A stretch of 16,014 nucleotides of DNA. It comes from Bdellovibrionota bacterium (GTDB lineage Bacteria; Bdellovibrionota_C; UBA2361; CALJRW01). The translations under genes were made by a program, and so were the position numbers. The stretch covers positions 1 to 16,014 of the forward strand of contig JBGSMD010000032.1 in the NCBI GenBank assembly GCA_041740355.1, in the 5' to 3' direction. The notes beneath the pieces are model-generated. The model searched no databases. It saw nothing but the letters and a program-made list of their open reading frames with translations, and was not told the DNA's origin. The number at the start of each line of letters is the position of its first letter. The stretch's first letter is position 1. This document shows, in pieces, positions 6,846-12,689 of this stretch.

Positions 6846-8837
6846 ATGTCGCCGTTTCAACAATTAGTAGATTCCTTTGCCGAATTAGTTGAAGTGATTC
6901 CAACTGATGATGCAGTATCGACGATTAATAGATTTCTTGATACTCGTTTCGCCAATCAGTTTCAAGATTTAGACTTAGCTGGTTTCTGCCGCTTTCTTCT
7001 TGACAACCTAAAGAACGATACTCCCTTTGCCGGACTGGCTGTAGCTCTTCGTGAGATGACCGATCACCTCTCACTTCAGTTTAGTCAATTTCTTCCGACG
7101 GAAGAAATCCAGGAATCCTTAATACAATTTAATCTATTAAAAGTTGCTGATGATGGACGACTAAAAACTGCCGATGGCTACGCAGATGCTAAAATCTTTT
7201 TTGGAAATTGCAGCTACTTATTAATTGATGGTTACTTACTAACGGAAATAGAAGGAAAAAAGTTTCAGGATTTTGAGATAACTAATATGACGCAAGATCT
7301 CCTAGTAACAGGAATTTTTGAATTTAAAAATGGTCCGATGGCCGTAATCAATTCAAAAATTCAAAATCGCTTTGGAGATGTAACTGTGACTGCCTTCCAT
7401 GGTGAAGTTATTGATAATTCATGCTACGGAGTTGCTCGTTCTAAGGGAGCTAGCTATATAGTTTGCGATAATGAGATTATCGAGCGGATTGATTTGAAAG
7501 TCACCGCGTGTCTGGCACTGTCACTTAATGACGAAGGCCTGATGAGGGCAATTATCCAAGCCTTCGATTCCATGACTTCAACATTTAAAAATCATTTCAT
7601 TGAAAACAATCAGCTACAAGATAAATGTGGCGATGCGGATATTGCCACTCTAAGTAATTTAAACATCGATCGACAAGGCAATATTACTGGATTTGTCAGC
7701 AACCATAATCTTCCCGAGGAAAGATCGGTAATAGGCCTAACTCCTTCTGGAGAAACAGAAAACACTGACGTTCCCAACCTCTTGCCTTTTGCTAACGGAC
7801 TAGTCTTTGAAGAAATTGCTGGTAAACAAGTTGATTATTTAATTGATGCTAATTTTTACAATGGCAGAGCTTATGGTAAATTTATGATTGATGGCCAAGA
7901 ACAAATTGTCCTCAGAGAACAATTAATAACTCAAATTGAAGGCACGGGAGTTATTGACTTAGTTCTAGATGAAGATTTCTCAGAGCGCGGGGGCGGAATT
8001 TTAGTCCTAACAGATGACACTTGTATCCAATTAGATAAAGGGAAATTAATTCAGAAAATCAGTGAACAAGAAGTTTTTGATTACCGAAACATAAATACTT
8101 TCAACCCTTATCCTAAACCCAATGGCTTTTTCTTTGATGGAGTAAGCTGGTTCCTAGCACTAAATGGGAATGAAGTGGCTTGTCCAATTAATGATCCTAA
8201 CTATGCTTATAGTTTTAATGTTGAAGCCTATGACTATCAGGCAGAAGTCGGATCAAATGGAAAATTAAATTATGCTGGCTTAGTCAATCTTACAAGCCTA
8301 GAGGACAATCTGACAACTAAAACAAGGGAAGTATTAATTATTAACGGACGGGAATTAGCACCAACGCTGTTTGCCGGTGAAATAAGAACATTTACTAAAT
8401 ACTCAGACCTAACATTTAATGCCCTAGGACATGTTTTTTGTGAGTTAGAGGCAGAGGACGGAGTGATTGCCTATTATGCTAATGGTGAAATTTTAAACCC
8501 AAAGGATTACTTTTTACTTTCAGGCCTCTGCCTGGCGAAACAAGAAATCATTGATTACCTAAAGTATCAAACTGACTTCTTTGAGCAAGTAGGTGATGTA
8601 GATATTACTGAAATTTCCAATTATCGCTTAGGATCGGATCATCAACGTTATTTTAGCTTTAAGTATGATAACAAAGCAGCTATTTTATTAGGAGGCTTAG
8701 TAATTACCGAGAATGAGACGATAAATGATTTAGTCTTGGATGTTAGTGAACCTAACTTCCTACATTTTGGTTTTACTAATAAAGGTACAACAGAAACATA
8801 TGGGTATGGAGTTTTTCCAACCCAATTTGACTTTTAG
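6846..8837 (+). CDS. Hypothetical acidic protein: helical N-terminus plus about 10-12 degenerate ~40-aa beta-repeats
   Basis: 663-aa ORF; recurring units such as LLIDGYLLTEIEGKKF, PFANGLVFEEIAGKQV, IVLREQLITQIEGTGV, QLDKGKLIQKISEQEV; no signal peptide or TM segment seen. Confidence 0.85.
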   Translation: MSPFQQLVDSFAELVEVIPTDDAVSTINRFLDTRFANQFQDLDLAGFCRFLLDNLKNDTPFAGLAVALREMTDHLSLQFSQFLPTEEIQESLIQFNLLKVADDGRLKTADGYADAKIFFGNCSYLLIDGYLLTEIEGKKFQDFEITNMTQDLLVTGIFEFKNGPMAVINSKIQNRFGDVTVTAFHGEVIDNSCYGVARSKGASYIVCDNEIIERIDLKVTACLALSLNDEGLMRAIIQAFDSMTSTFKNHFIENNQLQDKCGDADIATLSNLNIDRQGNITGFVSNHNLPEERSVIGLTPSGETENTDVPNLLPFANGLVFEEIAGKQVDYLIDANFYNGRAYGKFMIDGQEQIVLREQLITQIEGTGVIDLVLDEDFSERGGGILVLTDDTCIQLDKGKLIQKISEQEVFDYRNINTFNPYPKPNGFFFDGVSWFLALNGNEVACPINDPNYAYSFNVEAYDYQAEVGSNGKLNYAGLVNLTSLEDNLTTKTREVLIINGRELAPTLFAGEIRTFTKYSDLTFNALGHVFCELEAEDGVIAYYANGEILNPKDYFLLSGLCLAKQEIIDYLKYQTDFFEQVGDVDITEISNYRLGSDHQRYFSFKYDNKAAILLGGLVITENETINDLVLDVSEPNFLHFGFTNKGTTETYGYGVFPTQFDF

Positions 8838-8847
8838 TTATTTAAGA

Positions 8848-9858
8848 ATGGAACCAATAAGTGATAACAGATCAACAATTGAAATTTCAGATCAGGGGCT
8901 AGTCGCTAATTTTCCATCTAAATCCTCCATTGAAATTGGAGAATGGCTTATAGCTACACGCCCTCATGACATCAACCTGATTCCACTCACCTCCGAAATA
9001 ACAAAAACAGTACTGCGACAAAAATTTCCAATCGGTCAGATTTTTGTTTGTGATTTCTATGTCGAAGGAATGGAAAATGATTCCTTCATTGGCTGTGGTT
9101 TTCAGGATCAAGCTGGTTTAATTACAAATATCGATCATCATTCGCCAAGTGTTGAAATGTTTAGGCCAATCTCTAGTGGCAACCTAGCGATTGAGTATGT
9201 TAATCAGAACGGCAAACTTCCAGCAGAAGCAATTACTGTAATTAACCACACAGATTGCGATAGCATTATCAGCTCTCTGATAATGCGTGGCTATCTTCCT
9301 CCAGATCAGATTTTTTATGATGCAGTAATCGCAGCTGATCATACTGGAGAAGAAAATCCGATTGCTGATTTGTTACAAGCGCTTGATGTAAAGCGTAGTA
9401 TTAATTTCTCTGTTCGAAATTTAGCAAATTTATTAATTGGTAAGGAATTAGAGCCTGAAGCTAAGCAATTACTGGCAGCTCGCTTGCAAGGTAGAAGAGA
9501 AACTGCTGACGCTCTGAAGTTAGGTGCCGTCATCCAAGAAGGCTTAGTCACTGTTGTAAAACTTACTGAGAATATGCGGAATGAATTTATGCCAGCTCTA
9601 TTTCCTAAAGCTGCTGTAATTCTAACTTATGAAACAGGATCTCAACCAGATAGTTGGGTAGCAAGATGTCGCCTAGGTCTGGCTGCGCCAGCAAAGTTCA
9701 CACTCTTTTCTTTAAACTTAAAAACTGAGTTAGATCCAAATATGGGTGGAAGATGGAACGCGACTGCCAATAAACGCGGAGGAGAAACAACGATACCGCT
9801 TGATGATTATATTGCTAGGCTTTACAGATTAACCAACGAAAAGATTGCTAGTTTGTAG
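8848..9858 (+). CDS. DHH-superfamily phosphoesterase-like protein with permuted motif order (336 aa)
   Basis: Start moved to ATG 8848, 10 nt after the upstream stop. Motifs VCD(69), IDHH(96-98), ISSGNL, NHTDCD(133-138), AADHTG(164) and C-terminal GGRWNA resembling DHHA1 GGGH. Confidence 0.75.
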   Translation: MEPISDNRSTIEISDQGLVANFPSKSSIEIGEWLIATRPHDINLIPLTSEITKTVLRQKFPIGQIFVCDFYVEGMENDSFIGCGFQDQAGLITNIDHHSPSVEMFRPISSGNLAIEYVNQNGKLPAEAITVINHTDCDSIISSLIMRGYLPPDQIFYDAVIAADHTGEENPIADLLQALDVKRSINFSVRNLANLLIGKELEPEAKQLLAARLQGRRETADALKLGAVIQEGLVTVVKLTENMRNEFMPALFPKAAVILTYETGSQPDSWVARCRLGLAAPAKFTLFSLNLKTELDPNMGGRWNATANKRGGETTIPLDDYIARLYRLTNEKIASL

Positions 9859-9877
9859 TCATTAGAAAGCTTTTACC

Positions 9878-10189
9878 TTTCATCTGGAGCCACGCCTCAT
9901 TCCTGAGTACTCAGCATGATCAAGTAATAAGCTCAATCAAACAATAATTTTCTTTTTTAATATTAAAGATGACTCAAGGAAATGGTATTCTATATGATTT
10001 CTTAATTTAATGACATTGAACATGATTCCTTCCTCTACGCTTAGGTTTACGAAGTAGACTTGGTTGTTTAGGATTACCTTTCGCAGACGAGGCATAATGA
10101 CAATCTGAAAGTAGTTTAGATTAGTATTGAGGGTTCGAAATCAAAGTTACTTATAAGTATGAATACAAGTTGGGTGGCACAAAATGAAA
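9878..10189 (-). mobile_element. Putative internally deleted RAYT/Y1-transposase-derived element bounded by imperfect inverted repeats
   Basis: TTTCATCTGGAGCCACGC (9878-9895) matches the reverse complement of 10172-10189 (TTTCATTTTGTGCCACCC) at 14 of 18 positions and brackets a transposase-like N-terminal fragment. Confidence 0.4.
9937..10095 (-). pseudogene. Truncated N-terminus resembling REP-associated (IS200/Y1-like) tyrosine transposases
   Basis: 52-aa ORF MPRLRKVILNNQVYFVNLSVEEGIMFNVIKLRNHIEYHFLESSLILKKKIIV. The first ~26 aa fit the MPR-x-R...YFV start of RAYT proteins as I recall them; no HUH motif or catalytic Tyr region. Confidence 0.45.
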
Positions 10190-10190
10190 T

Positions 10191-10333
10191 GAAGGATTTA
10201 ACTCAAAAAGACAAACTTTTCACTCAAATTCTAGGGGATTTAGAAATTTTCAAAACTTAAGAATTACTGTTTTATTCAATTCTGGGGAAATTAGAGCTAA
10301 AACATCACTTTCCACTCTAAACTACGAAGAGCA
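10191..10333 (+). mobile_element. ISL3-family insertion sequence remnant: transposase C-terminus plus right inverted repeat
   Basis: From 10191: EGFNSKRQTFHSNSRGFRNFQNLRITVLF, then after a frameshift LGKLELKHHFPL-stop (10318-10320), fitting the ISL3 C-terminal pattern EGxNSKIQ...RGFRNF...ILF..GKL. The end reads TGCTCTTCGTAGTTTAGAGTGG on the minus strand, like ISL3 GGCTCT termini. Confidence 0.8.
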
Positions 10334-10386
10334 TTTTTTTAAACTTATCTAATGTATTTAGCAACTTTGCTCGATAAGTTATTATC

Positions 10387-10884
10387 ATGAACTATTCTAG
10401 TAAGGTTGGTTTTAGTCTTGTAGAGATATTAGTTACTATTGCTGTCCTTTCTGTTCTGTCAGCATTGGCTGTTTCTCAATACGCGGAATATCGTCAAAAA
10501 GCTTATGATTCAATTGCGATGAGTGCTTTATTTGATCTTCGAACAGCGAATCAAGCGCGAAAGATTGATTATCAAGGACTACTCGGCGAAAATATTATTT
10601 TTTTTCCTGATCAATCAATCTTTTGTTATAACACTGGCGCTTGTGATGCTTTTGTAAACACACTTTTCCCTGGCTTTGCTCATAAAGAAGGAGTCTACCT
10701 TAATGTTAGTTACAATCAATTTGGTAACATCAGTGGTGGACAATCCTTCCACTGCAATGGTTCGCAATATACGAGCGGTGGTAGCTACGGTTATAAGCCT
10801 GGTGCTGACATGGGACCTGATGGTAAAATAAGGATGGGTGGTTCGGTTCACTCACAATCAACGTATAATATGATGTGTGGATAA
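10387..10884 (+). CDS. Type IV pilin (prepilin N-methylation domain protein)
   Basis: Short leader ending KVG, cleavage before FSLVE (E5), hydrophobic helix, QYAEYRQKAYDS..MSAL.DLRTA like deltaproteobacterial PilA, four Cys in the head domain. Confidence 0.92.
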   Translation: MNYSSKVGFSLVEILVTIAVLSVLSALAVSQYAEYRQKAYDSIAMSALFDLRTANQARKIDYQGLLGENIIFFPDQSIFCYNTGACDAFVNTLFPGFAHKEGVYLNVSYNQFGNISGGQSFHCNGSQYTSGGSYGYKPGADMGPDGKIRMGGSVHSQSTYNMMCG

Positions 10885-10932
10885 TTTAAAAAACCTAAAA
10901 TCTAGATATTTTTATTGAACGTAAAAATTAAA

Positions 10933-11424
10933 CTAGTCCCGAAAATTTTCAAATTGCAAATCAAGATCATCAATCTTAGATTTCAAGAACTGAATACAAC
11001 CTTGCAGTTCATCGCGACTCTTGCCAACGACTCTTAATTGATCGCCTTGGATACTTACATTAACCTTTAGCTTTTCATCTTTAACTGTCTTCGAAAGACG
11101 CTTTAACTCTTCCGATGTTAATGCTTGTTTAACTTTAACAACTTGACGCAACATATTACCGCCAGCAGGAGTTTCTGGATCAAACGTTACGGATTTTAAA
11201 CTTACTCCACGTTTAGCAAGCTTTTGTTTAATCATCTCCTGCAAAGCGCTGAGCTTCATATCATCATCAGCTAAGATAATAATTTCTTGTTCTTTTTCCT
11301 TTAACTCAACACTGGCTTTGGAACCTTTAAAATCATAGCGCGTAGTAAATTCCTTTTTTACTTGATCAACTGCATTTAGAACTTCTTGCGCATTAACTTT
11401 AACAACAACATCAAATGAAGGCAT
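10933..11424 (-). CDS. yajQ: YajQ family nucleotide/cyclic di-GMP-binding protein
   Basis: MPSFDVV, EVLNAVDQ, RYDFKGS, KLAKRGV, SIQGDQLRVVGKSRDELQ, LQFENFRD; 163 aa. Confidence 0.97.
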   Translation of the reverse strand: MPSFDVVVKVNAQEVLNAVDQVKKEFTTRYDFKGSKASVELKEKEQEIIILADDDMKLSALQEMIKQKLAKRGVSLKSVTFDPETPAGGNMLRQVVKVKQALTSEELKRLSKTVKDEKLKVNVSIQGDQLRVVGKSRDELQGCIQFLKSKIDDLDLQFENFRD

Positions 11425-11530
11425 AGTTTTTTCTTTGAAAAATTATAGAGCAATAAGATCTACAGTTAATCTTAGAAAAAATCTACTAATAAGAATTATG
11501 CTGTGAACTAGGCTCTCTAGTAATTATTGT

Positions 11531-12550
11531 TTAAACTAAGCCCAGAGCTTTTTTAATTTCAAATTTGCGCTTCCCAGCAACTAAGTCATTACTAGCCAAC
11601 CAACCCTTTGCACAGATTAGCTGTCCATTTAAATACTCTAAATTTTCAGGCTTATTAGATGTCGCAAGTAATTTAATCATAGCAGTACCAACAACTGGGT
11701 GCGTAGGATACTTTAACAATTCTCGCATTGTAGCATAAGCTTGATCTACTAAACTAACCGTTGTTACAACGCCGATCTTTTCAGCAACAAACTTCAAGAG
11801 TGATTCTTTAAAGGAAATTTCAATCTGAGCAGTCTTACGATAAAAACTACCTAAGCGATATTCACAACTACTGCCTGCTAGCGCCACCGCTAGCGGATCT
11901 TCAGAATGAAGTAATCCTTTAACAAAGGCTGGCAAACTATGAACTCGAGTGGTCCCATATAAAACTTCTTCATAATTCCCAGAGACAGCTCGAGTGGCTA
12001 CTCTTTCATGAATCATTGGGTTATGATTTTCTCGCAACAACCAAGCGCCAGCTAAAGCTGCTGCCACAGGGTCACTCTCCATCGAGGAATCAAAAACATT
12101 ACGCATGACACGCTGCACTTCTGGACCCTTAGAGGAATAAAGCAAGGGAACGACTAGCTCTTGGATCCGATGGGCAAATGGTTTACTAACAACTATATCT
12201 AATAAAATATTCTTTTCTAGATCAGTAATAGAAGTTATCTGGGGAAATCGCTCCAAACAGTTACCAAAGGCATTTTTACCATTTGCTTGGGCAATCAAAC
12301 GAGAAATATAATCACGTGATGCTTCATTGGGAATAGAACAAGCTAACAAGTTGCGTGTTTGTCGTACCACTTGAGCCTCAGCTTTTCCCGTTAAATCTTC
12401 AGAAATTCCAACCAAAGGATAATGTGCCTTATCAAGACTAATTTCAATTACAATTTCTCTTAAATCGGTCTTGGATTTCCCATGCTGTTGCTTTTGCTCT
12501 TCAAGATCTAGCACAGAGATAGTTTCTTTTAGGATATCGGGCTTAACCAT
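11531..12550 (-). CDS. Hypothetical protein with HEAT-like helical repeats in the C-terminal half
   Basis: 339-aa ORF; internal repeat MESDPVAAALAGA / HSEDPLAVALAGS and weaker YPTHPVVGTAMIK; no signal peptide. Confidence 0.8.
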   Translation of the reverse strand: MVKPDILKETISVLDLEEQKQQHGKSKTDLREIVIEISLDKAHYPLVGISEDLTGKAEAQVVRQTRNLLACSIPNEASRDYISRLIAQANGKNAFGNCLERFPQITSITDLEKNILLDIVVSKPFAHRIQELVVPLLYSSKGPEVQRVMRNVFDSSMESDPVAAALAGAWLLRENHNPMIHERVATRAVSGNYEEVLYGTTRVHSLPAFVKGLLHSEDPLAVALAGSSCEYRLGSFYRKTAQIEISFKESLLKFVAEKIGVVTTVSLVDQAYATMRELLKYPTHPVVGTAMIKLLATSNKPENLEYLNGQLICAKGWLASNDLVAGKRKFEIKKALGLV

Positions 12551-12689
12551 TCATCAAAAACCTAAAGATAAAACAAGTAGTAAAAATTCAACTGGCCGAC
12601 AAACAGCATTTATTATGAATAAGGAGACACTACCTATAGAATTATATGAGGCTTACTTCGAATCTGTGACTTTTATGGATCGACTCATT

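Noticed and set aside
8740-8847. 36-aa N-terminal extension of the DHH ORF
   Set aside because: Would overlap the upstream gene by 98 nt; ATG 8848 just after the stop is more plausible.
8899-9551. Minus-strand ORFs 8899-9111 and 9339-9551
   Set aside because: Antisense shadows of the DHH gene.
10159-10260. 33-aa ORF MNTSWVAQNEMKDLTQKDKLFTQILGDLEIFKT
   Set aside because: Mostly an alternative frame over the ISL3 transposase remnant, which explains the sequence better.
10350-10377. Sigma28-like promoter (TAAT-N16-CTCGATAA) before the pilin
   Set aside because: Both boxes and the spacing deviate from TAAA-N15-GCCGATAA; too weak to call.
10615-10851. 78-aa minus-strand ORF
   Set aside because: Antisense shadow of the pilin gene.
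10876-10884. Perfect DnaA box TGTGGATAA, possible oriC
   Set aside because: A single copy formed by the last pilin codons (Cys-Gly-stop); no box cluster or dnaA nearby.
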